From: Octopus vulgaris
Lineage: Eukaryota
Direction of reading: 5' to 3'
DNA length: 64,000 nt
Assembly (NCBI GenBank): GCA_951406725.2
Contig: OX597817.1
Span: forward strand, 122,450,001-122,514,000
Part shown: one piece after another, positions 1 to 11,700 of the stretch
Layout of the letters: each line of letters opens with the position of its first letter
Position numbering within the stretch: the stretch's first letter is position 1
Program-made: the position numbers and the translations under genes
Notes under the pieces: model-generated
The model's input: only the letters and a program-made list of their open reading frames with translations
Told to the model about the DNA's origin: nothing
Database searches by the model: none

Positions 1-51
1 ATACATACACACACACACATACACATATACACATACATCTTTATGTTTGTG

Positions 52-340
52 AAGGAATGTGGCTTAGTGGTTTGGGTATTCGACTCATGATTGCATGGGT
101 GTGAGTTTGATTCCAGTTAGCACATTGTGTTCTTGAGCAGGACATTTCACTTCACATTGCTGCAGTCCACTCAGCTGGAAAAAATGAGCAGTACCTGTAT
201 TTAAAAAGGCCAGGCTTGTCACATCTGTGTCACACTGAATCTCCCTGAGAACTAAGTTAAGTGGACTGCTCAGTCACTTACACATGAATTTCATGAGCAG
301 GCTGTTCTCTTGGTCAGATCAACTGACCAAGTGCCAGTTT
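52..340 (+). mobile_element. tRNA-derived SINE (family A, CORE-like body)
   Basis: A-box TGGCTTAGTGG and B-box-like GTTTGATTCC, then TTGTGTTCTTGAGCAGGACATTTCAC...CACTCAGCTG. Homologous to 15003-15334 (-). Confidence 0.75.
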
Positions 341-359
341 ATATATGTATATGTTGAGG

Positions 360-508
360 TTCGTTAGCTTCTGTCTTCTAAATCCATGCATAAGGTTTGG
401 TCAGCCCATAGTTTTAGTAGAAGGCAATTGCCGAATGTGCAAGACAATGGGACCGAACCTGAGACCATGTGGTTAGGACCTAAACTTCTTACCACACAAC
501 TATGCCTG
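360..508 (-). mobile_element. Degraded SINE family B 5' part
   Basis: Reverse complement aligns with the head of the 14269-14717 copy. Confidence 0.6.
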
Positions 509-704
509 AAATAAGTTCAATCAAAGAAGCCTATTTTCAAATATAGAGCACAATATATGACACAAGGGAAGAGTTTTATGTTTCTATACTTAAAAACTTG
601 CAGAATGACCATTTCAGACTTAGAATATTATCAACAGCAATTGATAATAACCTAAGATCAAACAATGGATGTGCCATACTAATATATATGCATGCGTATG
701 TATG

Positions 705-756
<52 letters not shown>

Positions 757-764
757 TATACACA

Positions 765-1033
765 AATGTCGAACAATGAGAATGAATGCACAACACGGCA
801 TTGGCAGATAAAGATATTTATTTGCATATTAAGGCTGCCATTGGTTTCATGTTATGAAAATATCTCAACAATTTTTTATTCAATCACATGTTCATCTCCA
901 TTTTGGATTAAAACACTTGTTTTACCCCAAAATGGAGAAGACGAACACCAATTTCTCCAGATGATTGGATTAAAAAAATCATTAAGATATTTGTATATAT
1001 GACATCAATGGTAGCCTTAATACATAAATAATG
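765..1033. mobile_element. Inverted-repeat element, PLE-terminus-like
   Basis: Arms 818-850 and 999-1031 match at about 27/33. Homologous to 6410-6560. Carries the GAAACCAATGG(C/T)A hammerhead stem III motif. Flanked by TA/CA repeats. Confidence 0.5.
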
Positions 1034-1222
<189 letters not shown>

Positions 1223-1340
1223 TTGTTCAGAGAGACAAAACTAATCTACAAACACTGGTTAGAGAAAATTATAGAGCCTCCCAAAAAACTGTTGTTGGGA
1301 AGTGGATGAAAGTGGTAAATACACCCCACATAAATGAAGT

Positions 1341-1524
1341 GGCAAGCTGGAGGGCAGAAGCACCAGACCCCAGTCGTCTGTTTTGGCGTGGTTTCTACAG
1401 CTGGATGCCCTTCTAAACACCAAACACTCTACAAGGTGTACTGAATGCTTTTGTACATGGCACTTTCCAACCCATGCCAGCGTGGAAAACAAATGTTTGA
1501 GAATGATGATGATGATGATGATGA
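1341..1524 (+). mobile_element. RTE-type 3' tail with 5'-inverted segment
   Basis: 1341-1463 is antisense and 1466-1524 is sense relative to the tail seen at 5030-5220. Ends in (GAT)n. Confidence 0.6.
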
Positions 1525-1800
1525 TATACATCTATCTGTTTGTGACTATGCTTATACTTGTACTGCTTAACTAGTGCCATGCTTATGTTGCGTATTTCTT
1601 ATGTCACATGACATGACAATTCAGCAAACAGGAATTGATAAAATAGATACAAGTTCAAAATAAGTACTGAAGCTGAAAGTTTTTGACTAGATATACATGG
1701 AAGTGGTACCCCACGTTCTGATAATTGAAATACATGAAACCAGTATATGACTAAAAAGAAGTTGTTATTGCCATTGGTATTGGTGGTGAGTTAGTAAAAT

Positions 1801-1908
1801 CATCATCATCATCATCATCATCGTTTAACGTCCGTTCTCCATGCTAGCATGGGTTGGACAGTTCGACCGGGGATCTGGGAAGTCAGAAGGCTGCACCAGG
1901 CTCCGGTC
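1801..1908 (-). mobile_element. RTE-type LINE 3' tail (5'-truncated)
   Basis: (CAT)n-CGTTTAACGTCCGTTCTCCATGCTAGCATGGGTTGGAC, the reverse complement of the tail at 5160-5220. Other copies near 11820-12130, 21360-21490, 43200-43440, 61915-61962, 62345-62400. Confidence 0.75.
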
Positions 1909-2459
1909 TTATGATAAGAATAATATGTGGAATAGGAAATACAAAAAGAATCCAAAGATATTCACAAGGAAATATGTGCATAAGTATGAAGGAGAATGTA
2001 TCACAATTATTTACCACTGCTATCCTAAAATGAATCAATGAATGGTGGGGGGGGGTAGAACGTTAGCTACTACAGAATAGGATAACAGTGAATGGTAATA
2101 AAGAAATATGAAGTAAAGTCAGAAGTATATACGCAAGTTAAACTAAAGGAGAGTAGTAAAACAGAGAGTCAGGTCAAATGGCAAAAACAATACACGAAGC
2201 AGATGGCTGAAAATGTCAACAGACAACAGTTATATAATAACTGAAGGAGAAGAGAGAAAGAAGAGAGAAGAGGAAAAAAGCAAGGTGAATGCATTGTTAG
2301 ATTTCTGAAAAGTGCAGTATCTAATAGCTTAAGATATCAAGCAGCTGATAGTTGCCTGAAAATAGGTCCAATTTACTTTAGTTTATCATCCATTTACTTA
2401 CATCAGGAGGATAAATAGGTACATGAGAAAGAAAGTTACATGGCTTTTTCTACTACATG

Positions 2460-2644
<185 letters not shown>

Positions 2645-2724
2645 GTGTATATATATATATATATATATGTATGTGTATATATATATATATATATATATAG
2701 GTACATACACACATATATACATAC

Positions 2725-2757
<33 letters not shown>

Positions 2758-3040
2758 TGTATGTGTGTATGCATGTATGTATATATATATGTGTATGAGT
2801 ATGTATGTGCTTATGAAGTGCAGGTATATTGCCTACAAATAACAGAATAGAACAATAACTCCCTTTTTCAATAGAACTAAAGATAAAAAAGGAAAGGAAC
2901 AAAAATAAAAGAAGTTGCTTAATAGATTACACAAAGAGATTCAGTAGTCTACAGAGTAAGACTTTCAGAAAATAAGAAAATAGCATAACCATATATGTGT
3001 GTGTGTATATATGTATATGTTTATACATACACACACACAC

Positions 3041-3176
<136 letters not shown>

Positions 3177-3185
3177 CATATACAT

Positions 3186-3223
<38 letters not shown>

Positions 3224-4419
3224 TATATATATATGATAAAAGAAGCATTGTAAAAAAAATGTATCAAGTCAATTCTAACGAAAATAGTGGTAATTGGAAT
3301 AAATAATATAAAAGAAATAAAAGCAAAAAGAAAAAAAAAAGCATAGATAAATATAATAAAGAATTCAATGGTAAGTTAATGGCTAGTTTCGGAAAATATT
3401 CTTGATTTTCTTCATCTCTGATATTAATATATTAAATTTACTGAACAATTACCGTAAACTGCGTCTGGAGATTTCTGGAGTGAATATCATTTTATTTTTC
3501 CTTTTCCTCTTTGGGAATATCTTGCTCTTTTACTTACCAAGATATCATTCTCCTTGATCATCAAGCATATTCTAAACATTGCTTTCAAAGTGAAAAAGTA
3601 TAACAGATACTAGATAATATTCATCGTTAATTCTTTCTTTCATGTTTTGTACCTATGCATATGTGCTTCTCCGCTTCTTTTTTCTTTATTTATATGTAAT
3701 TGCATCTATATATGTGAGTGTATGAGCAAAGGAACAACACACACACATATACACATATATATATATGTATGTATACGTATTTAACTATCTATCAAGCTGT
3801 CTATTTTTCTATCTATCTATCTAATAGATGAGGAATGTATGTGCTTGTAATGATGCATTTATTGATTAGATTTGGTAAGATTGAATGTCTTGGTATGTGA
3901 AATGTCGATTTTAAAAAAAAAAAATTTATTTTATTCATTTTTTTTTAATTTTTTTTTTTTACCAGAGAAAAATAATTTTCTTAAAGCTAAAAACATCAAG
4001 TTTGAACATAACAGCAATGATCCATAGAAATCTGATAGTAACTTTACTGAGGAACAGAAATCCCAAGAAGAATTGTATGAAGCATTTGTAAACAATGAAC
4101 ATAAAGATACTTCTGACTGAAGACGATGAAGAACAGGCTCATTCATAAACACAAAGTATTTTCTTATTTTCAGTTGAATAAAGGTTAACCAGTATTTTCT
4201 TTCCTTCTGTATATCAAAGAACTCTTTTAGTTAACATGAAGTAGCAAAACTGAAGCAAGTTTTATTTTATCTTATTTTATTCTATTATTATTTATTTCTT
4301 ATAAAGAAGAGTTGTTTTTCTGAACTAAGACTACAAACACAATCAAGTAACAAAGTTTAATTTTGCAATACTACCATTACAAATAAGAGCAGATGTGTAA
4401 TAAAGGCAGAGAAAGAGGG

Positions 4420-4452
<33 letters not shown>

Positions 4453-4456
<4 letters not shown>

Positions 4457-4797
4457 AAATTTAAAGGACTGACCACTAAAAGTGGACGGTCAACATGCTA
4501 GATATAGACGTCAAAATCGCTATTTTCAACAAAGAATGTGTTCTTAAATAAAAAAACTCAGCACAAACCAAAGCATTAAAAATAAGCAAGACAAATGAAA
4601 ATATACGAAATAAAAATGATTACCTAAGTACCGATCAGTTTCGATTGTTAATATCCACACATATGGATACCTGCAGTCTCATCATGGTCAGTCCTTTAAA
4701 TTTTGTATGTAAAAATATTTTAATCCTCGGATTTTTTAATATGCTAGGCCACTGGTTTTAATTGATTAATATCAATTTCTACCCTTATTAAATTTTA
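4453..4797 (-). mobile_element. PLE-terminus-like element with 23-bp inverted repeat and hammerhead-like motif
   Basis: Perfect inverted repeat TACAAAATTTAAAGGACTGACCA at 4453-4475 and 4685-4707. Minus-strand ATGATGA-stem II-GAAA-CTGATCGG-TA at 4629-4685. Flanked by (TA)n. Confidence 0.6.
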
Positions 4798-4823
4798 TAT
4801 ATATATATATATATTAATACACT

Positions 4824-5220
4824 CAAAAGACCGAGACGACTGAAGATATGCTGTGACTGAGGAGATCCGGCATATAAAGTGAGTTCCCAGCTGTAACGTA
4901 CACCAGTGTCACATTACCGGCCCACTCAAAAGTATCTTGGACCATAGGGCGACATGCTATGCTTGAGGAGACCTAGTGAGTCAAGTACATCAAAATTAAA
5001 ATCATATGGAAATTGTAGTTGTGATCTCTGTGGTGGTGGCACGTAAAAAGCACCCACTACACATTCAGAGTGGTTGGCGTTAGGAAGGGCATCCAGCTGT
5101 AGAAGCACTGCCAGATAAGATTGGAGCCTGGTGCAGCCTTCTGGCTTCCCAGACCCCATACGAGCCGTCCAACCCATGCCAGCATGGAAAATGGACGTTA
5201 AACGATGATGATGATGATGA
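4824..5220 (+). mobile_element. RTE-clade LINE 3' end (ORF2 C-terminus, 3' UTR, (GAT)n tail)
   Basis: Translates KDRDD*RYAVTEEIRHIK*, resembling the RTE C-terminal DRxxWR motif. Followed by TGGCGTTAGGAAGGGCATCCAGCTGTAGAA...GGACGTTAAACGATGATGAT. Confidence 0.7.
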
Positions 5221-5388
5221 CACACATGTATGTATACATATATATTAATATATATATATATAAGTGTGCTCCCAGAGATGATTATTGGTGTGATATAACT
5301 TCTTCAGAGCTCTTTGAATGAAGTATTCCCTTATTGTGGAAAGCATTTAAATATATACAGTTGAGTACAACTAACTGTATTATATTAC

Positions 5389-5781
5389 AGATGAAAGTGG
5401 CAATATTCCAGAAGTAAGTCTAAATCATTTCAACTTAAGAGGGAATTTAATAAAAGGATTTTTAAAAATAATTATATAAAGAAAATATTACTGGTTTTGA
5501 TGAATCTCATCTTTTCAAATGCCAGTGAAAATTTATAAAAATTTGAAGTAAAAACAGTTTATCTTCAGTCAGCAGGTCAAGAGACATGTTCTTGACCCCC
5601 AAACAGATGATAGACTGTATTTACTTCAAATTTTTATAAATTTTTACTGATATTTGATAAGCTGAGATTCATCAAAACCAGTAATATTTTCTTTATATAA
5701 TTATTTTTTAAAATCATTTTTATTAAATTCCCTCTTAAATTTAAAATGTCTTAGACTTACTTCTGTGCTATTTTCACCTCC

Positions 5782-5785
<4 letters not shown>
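5389..5785. repeat. ~400-bp fold-back palindrome with a degenerate hammerhead in each arm
   Basis: Arms ~5389-5564 and ~5609-5785, roughly 85% identical by eye. TTGATAA-GCTGA/GAT/TCATC-AAAA-CCAG-TA at 5654-5683. Confidence 0.85.
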
Positions 5786-5830
<45 letters not shown>

Positions 5831-5991
5831 GCGTGTGTGTGTGTGTGTCAATGAGTGAATATTCAAATAAATATTTGTAAAGATATTATTTTATTATTAT
5901 TATCAGTGGCAAATCTAAATAACTGATAATAACAACAACAATAACATTAGTGGCAGCAAACAATATTAGCATTAAACAGCTATATACAAAA

Positions 5992-6149
5992 TTCATAATT
6001 ATATTAGAGGGTACACAAGGCACAGGCTTGCTAGAAAGTGGAAGTAAAAACCCCATACTTAACTATGAATCTCACTAAAAAAATTGGTGGTTTTTACTTC
6101 CACTTTGTAGCAAGGCAGTGCCTCGTGTACCCTCTAATGTAATTATGAA
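5992..6149. repeat. Hairpin element, 61-bp arms
   Basis: 5992-6052 versus 6089-6149, 56/61 identity, 36-nt loop, adjacent to (TA)n. Confidence 0.9.
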
Positions 6150-6179
6150 CAAATATATATATATATATATATATATCAA

Positions 6180-6375
6180 CACATGAAATCGTTAATCCCA
6201 ACACTTCTTCTCATGATTCTTTCCTCCGATTTTTTCTCTCTCCATTCTTTTTCCCTCTCATCCCTTTCTTTTGAAGAGTATAGACTTGAAATGTCAAAGT
6301 CTTTTACCTCTTTCTCATGTAGCAACTCCTGCTTGTTGTTCCCTCACCTGTCTGTGTCTTTTTTTTTTGTCTGCA
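6180..6375 (+). mobile_element. PLE-like 3' terminus, degenerate hammerhead
   Basis: Pyrimidine-rich tract, then TTGAAGAGTATAGACTTGAAATGTC (6271-6295). Resembles 6590-6765. Confidence 0.45.
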
Positions 6376-6409
6376 CATTTGAACTATATGTATATAATGG
6401 AGGCAAACA

Positions 6410-6560
6410 ACTTCCTCCATGTGATCAGCTTGAAAAATTCTTAAGACACTAGGATATTTTCCTACTTTTCTTAACGTGAAACCAATGGTAGCCTTAATTC
6501 ACAAATAATGAAATTATACCTGCCAATGCAGTGTTGAGTACTCATTTCCATTGTTTGCTA
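6410..6560 (+). mobile_element. PLE-like terminus homologous to 765-1033
   Basis: CTTAAGA (6440-6446), hairpin, then GAAA-CCA-A-TGG-TA (6478-6490). Confidence 0.5.
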
Positions 6561-6589
6561 TTTATGTATACATATGTATGTATATATAT

Positions 6590-6765
6590 AAATGCCATGA
6601 TAGATCGTTAGCTACTACACACATTTTTTTCTCTCTCCTTGTTTTTTCTGTGTACCTTTCTGTAGAAGAGCGTAGGCTCGAAACATAAAATACTTTTTCT
6701 ATTCCTGTTTGTTTGTACACCACCTGCCTTTGTCTTTTGTTTATTTTCGTAAACTTTCCCTTTAT
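6590..6765 (+). mobile_element. PLE-like 3' terminus with minimal hammerhead-like motif
   Basis: CTGTAGA-A-GAGC-GTAG-GCTC-GAAAC (6660-6684) in a pyrimidine-rich context, between TA repeats. Confidence 0.55.
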
Positions 6766-6779
6766 ATATATATATAAAC

Positions 6780-7180
6780 ACTTGGCTAGGCTTGATGAGC
6801 AAAGATTTATGTAGTGGGATGCCCATATCCACTACAGACTTGCTGATGTCTGATGAGTCTAATTCAGTATAAGAAGTCATGACTGCAGAGACTGCATGGG
6901 AAGAAGAGCTGGTCAGGGTTGACCATAGTGTCCTCGTTTTCCCTCATTTTGCTCTTGTCTGTAAGCATAGTTCTGTGGGTGTCTTCAAATAAAACCATTG
7001 ACCAGAGGACATTGAAATAGCAAGTTTCACAGTCAGTAACAAGAACAGACCACTGGTGGTGAACAATGTGACAGCTACAAAGGGATTTCATTAGGAAGTT
7101 CTTGTAATTTCTTTTTGAAGTTCCTCTATCATGATAACTGTAGTCTCCCATACAGCATAATCTTGCTTGGGAAAGTCACA
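6780..7180 (-). mobile_element. RTE-clade LINE ORF2 C-terminal remnant
   Basis: ORF 6864..7151 HDRGTSKRNYKNFLMKSL...W..LVTD...FEDTHR...FPCSLCSHDF continues as IRLIRHQQVC. This fits the RTE pattern RG.P.KRYKD.LK...DR..WR...FE..R...C..C.R.F.SRIGL.SH. Confidence 0.75.
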
Positions 7181-7272
7181 TAGATAACACACACACACAC
7201 ACAGGCACACACTGTTTTACTCTTTTACTTGTTTCAGTCATTTGACTGTGGCCATGCTGGAGCACTGCCTTG

Positions 7273-7475
7273 TACTTACACCTTAGATCCATCATGGCGT
7301 CTGATGTGGCTTTTTAAACTGAGTCAATGTATTTAAAAGACACCCACATAGATTGCACATCTGATTTGGACCACCAAAAGCTGCAATTAAGTTCCAATTT
7401 TTGTGGATCTTAAAATGTCTTTTGAGGTCTCCATTAGATTTGCTGACCTTATGGCATACACGGCATTGAAAGATG
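7273..7475 (-). pseudogene. Two C2H2 zinc-finger remnant, probably an RTE LINE C-terminus
   Basis: CRVCHKVSKSNGDLKRHFKIH is a canonical C-x2-C-x12-H-x3-H finger. The second finger CNLC...KSHIRRH needs a 1-nt frameshift and is followed by a stop. No TGEKP linker. Confidence 0.55.
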
Positions 7476-8244
7476 CATGCGTGCACACACACACTCTTAC
7501 ATATATGTACATACATACATACATGTATGTATTTATATATTGGTTTTACCAATGACCATTCAGTTGTTTGATCATTTGAATGTCTAACGCCTTTATATTA
7601 ATGGGTAAATAACAGAATATTTCACACACAAATAAACCCTCAATACAACACACAAGCTAATAATGCATGATGCAGTATGACAAGTGTGGATCTTTGAATT
7701 ACAGGAACAGTCAATCTGATAGACTTTTATACAGTTTCCATCTACCTAATTTCTCTCACAAGACTTGGATCAACCTGAGATTATGATTAAGACACTAATT
7801 TAAAATGCCGTACAGTAAGAACAAAATTGGGACCTCATGTTTGGAAAGTAAATTTCATAGTCTCTCAGTTATACTTGTATCCATACAAACACACACACAC
7901 AGCTACATACACATATGTACATATACACACACATACAGACATACACAAATGCACACATATATATATGTATAATGTTTGCAAGAATACCATTGCTCGATGC
8001 CCTTTCTCTGAGTAAATGATAGAGAAAAATTATTAAAAGTAGAAAAACAAAAAATGACATACACAAATAAATCTTCATAAATCTTCATAACTCTTTTGTA
8101 TCATTCTTTTCTCTCCACCAGTTATTGAATCTTTGTACTATTCACAAAAATAGTGAGAGATAGAGAGAGAATGGAAAGAATGAAAGGAAACAATGAATAA
8201 ATGAAGCCCAATTCTAGTTCTGGTTGACCTTGCTATCAGACTTT

Positions 8245-8290
<46 letters not shown>

Positions 8291-8335
8291 CATATGTATA
8301 TATGTATAATATATATATATATATATACATATGTA

Positions 8336-8378
<43 letters not shown>

Positions 8379-8609
8379 GTATATATGTATAATAAATATA
8401 TATATATATATGTATATATGTATGATATATATATATATATATATATATACATATGTATATATGTATAATATATATTTATATATATACATATGTATATATG
8501 TATAATATATATATATATATATACATATGTATATATGTATAATATATATATATATATACATATGTATATATGTATAATATATATATATATATATACATAT
8601 GTATATATG

Positions 8610-8664
<55 letters not shown>

Positions 8665-8700
8665 CATATGTATATATGTATAATATATATATATATATAC
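8245..8700. repeat. Compound minisatellite (CATATGTATATATGTATAA + variable (TA)n)
   Basis: The unit recurs about 9 times, separated by TA runs. Confidence 0.9.
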
Positions 8701-11700
8701 AATAATTTGAATCCTATAAATATTGACTTATTCTTTCATGCTTCTGATGTTCATAATATAAGTGTCAAATATAAATGTGTGAATGTGTGTGCACGTGAGT
8801 GTGTGTGTGTGTGTGTAATGTATAAGATGGGATGTGTAATAAAATAAACTATGTGATTGGTGAGAGTGACACTTAACACTGTATCTTGGCATCAATACAA
8901 AGCAACTACAAACAATAACCTATCCAGTTAAAAAAAAAAAGCAAAAAAAAATAGGAAAGAAAATGAGAACAAAAAAGATAAAGAAACCTTTCGCTATTCT
9001 TTATTTAGTTTTGCTGTCAATACAAGGTGAATTATTGATAATTCTTTATGTATCAGAAAACTCAATAGTGTTCAGTATGTAATCATTCCATCAAAATTAT
9101 AATGTTAGTTTGAAAAGAAATTCCTGCTTTTGTTATAAAACTTAGTTGCTTAATCTCTTTTTACTACAGTGTATCTACAAAATAATGTTGACCACAATGC
9201 CCTACAGTTTACTGAGGAAGCATATTGAACCTTGATATATGTTCTTTACAAAAAAAGACAGAAAATGTTTGAAAATTATATTACTTATACTGTTTTTTGT
9301 TTTGTTTTTCTCTATCAAAAATCTTGGTTGTAGGAAATTTGATTTAGGTTTACAGAATTTATTTTGACTAAAAGTTAAGCATTGAAAATATATATTTGGT
9401 TTCCTTTTTTTGATTCTTTTGTAAATCCTAAATATATTATAACGTGGTGGAGGAGAGTAATTTGATAATAAAAATAAATGCTTATTTTTGAGTCTGCTTT
9501 GGTTATCAATACGTTAACATATTGAATGGTGTATATATAAATATTGTCAAGACCTGTAAGCATTGTCTATGTAATCGATACATTATTTAGGAAAAGCAAA
9601 AACATACAACACAAGAAATGAACGAAATAAAGCCCAAGAAAGTGAAGACTCAACATCTAATAGAGGTTGAAAGAAAAGAGAATATTTGTCAACTCAATTA
9701 TAAAACTTTCCTGACATTTGCAACAGAAGCAACATAACTTATTCCTTTTATTATGCAAGAAGAAGTAGGGTTTGCTTATATTGAAGCACAAAGCATTGTA
9801 ATAAATTTAAGATCTGAATGTCTGTAGCCTATAAGCCAGGAGGATGTACAAAATAATGATAACATGAGGAATGGTAAGTTAAAAGCCTTAATTTGCTTAC
9901 ACAGCTCAGAGGCTGAGTTGAAAGAAGTAGTCTGTGAAGTGGATAATGTTCAGTATGAAGAGAAACACTATTCCTTCCTGTTATATAAAATAAAAGCTTT
10001 GTTTATCTACTCCACACAGTTAAGCTGACAGGCATAAATGCAATGTCCATTTCTTTGGCCGAAATCCCAGAATGTTCAAAGCTTTGCAGTTTAGAGCAGA
10101 GAAAAACTGAAAGGATGGTCTGAACTAACCGAACCATAACGTAATGCTATTGAAGCCGAGTTCAATAGCTATCCTGTAAAGTAGTCCAATTATCAGTAAA
10201 GAATCCCCATTTCCTATCTTCATTCATTCTTTGAGCTAATAAAACTAATTTTTCAGATGAATAGAATGCATCATTATCATTTATAACTCACATTCATCAT
10301 CTTAGACTGCTTATGAAGTGGATAGCTAGGAAACATTTTATTTCTGCATTTTACTTTCATTTCGGTTATTTCTTTTATTAAATCCATCTCACTTAGGTTA
10401 ATCCAAAACTATCTTATTTCAACTTCTCAGTAAGACTAATTTCTTGCTACTAAATATTATCAACAATAGAATTTTCTATCACTGCTGTATCATTTGTATA
10501 TTTTGTTATCATGACTATAAACAACATTCAGTAATACATTTGCAATGAGCAAAGATTGTAAACCACCTTTATAGATTATTCAAATTCTATCCAACACTAA
10601 GATTTGTCTTGTACGTGTAATAAAAATAGATATCCTATTTAAGTACAGAGAACGTAGGTTGTTGACACAATAATATATGGGACAACCTGCTTAAGGGTCA
10701 CAAATTTGTGCTCTTGTCAGCAGCATTAATTACACAATTTCTTCAACTTTGTCTAACTGAAGAGATTCTTTCCATTTTTAGGATGAATTTCACCACTAGA
10801 GGTAAACCTCATGTTTGAAATATGTTCGAGATACTTCATTCTCAAATCAATTAATCTACCAAGTCAGTCTACGAATTTGTAGAATAGTGCCTGCTGGAGG
10901 TTATGAGAAATATATCATGACTGCTACTGTCATGAAAATTTTTTTTTAAATATGCAGTGCCAAAAATTGGATTTTCGGGATTAGTTTTTTCATGTTCTAA
11001 GAAGGCAAAGAAGTTATATTGCAAATAAGAGACACAAGCCTTTACAACGAGAGAGAGAGAGAGAGAGAGAGAGAATGGCATAAAAAAACAAGTTACAGGA
11101 AGTTGCTTAGAAGGGAAATTAAACCACATTGCAATCGCTATTTTTTTTCATATAGTTTCATTAAATAAAGAAGAGTAATGTTTATAGCCTTTTCCTTTTT
11201 CAGGGCCTCCAAGGCAGAGTGGAGGAAAGGAGAGGAAGAAGTTATCAGACTAGACTAGAGACATCACATGAATGCTTATAACAGAGTGAACACTTGCCAA
11301 AGGAATCCAAAGGTTATGTGGTAGTGGTGGTTGTAGAATAAATTTAGAAGTTTTTGGGTACTTACTTCTCCTTTATAGTACAATATTAGATTTGTATTAT
11401 ATAAATTGAGGTTTTTCCAACTATTCATAATCCAGCTTGTACTGAGGAATAGATGAATATTCATAGCTATTACTAGAGCTTTGGCCTCACTCATAAAAAG
11501 AGAAATTATTATATAAATATCAATCTAAGGTGGGTTTTATTTAGTTTCATATCATGAATATTCATACTCATCTAATTTGAAACATAAAAGCGTTTTAGCC
11601 CTTGGATATATTTATTAGTTGTTTGTTTGTTTTTATAGATTTAATAACAGGTATTTTCTTTTAGAAATAAAAACACTATATTCCAAAGCTGATATCTCTC

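Noticed and set aside
3966-4120. Protein-like frame with an internal TAG that A-to-I editing could recode
   Set aside because: No homology or pairing partner is visible, so this is pure speculation.
10757-10835. CTGAAGA...GAAA as a hammerhead (also 20810, 23475, 15800-15890)
   Set aside because: Stems II/III or stem I cannot be formed convincingly.
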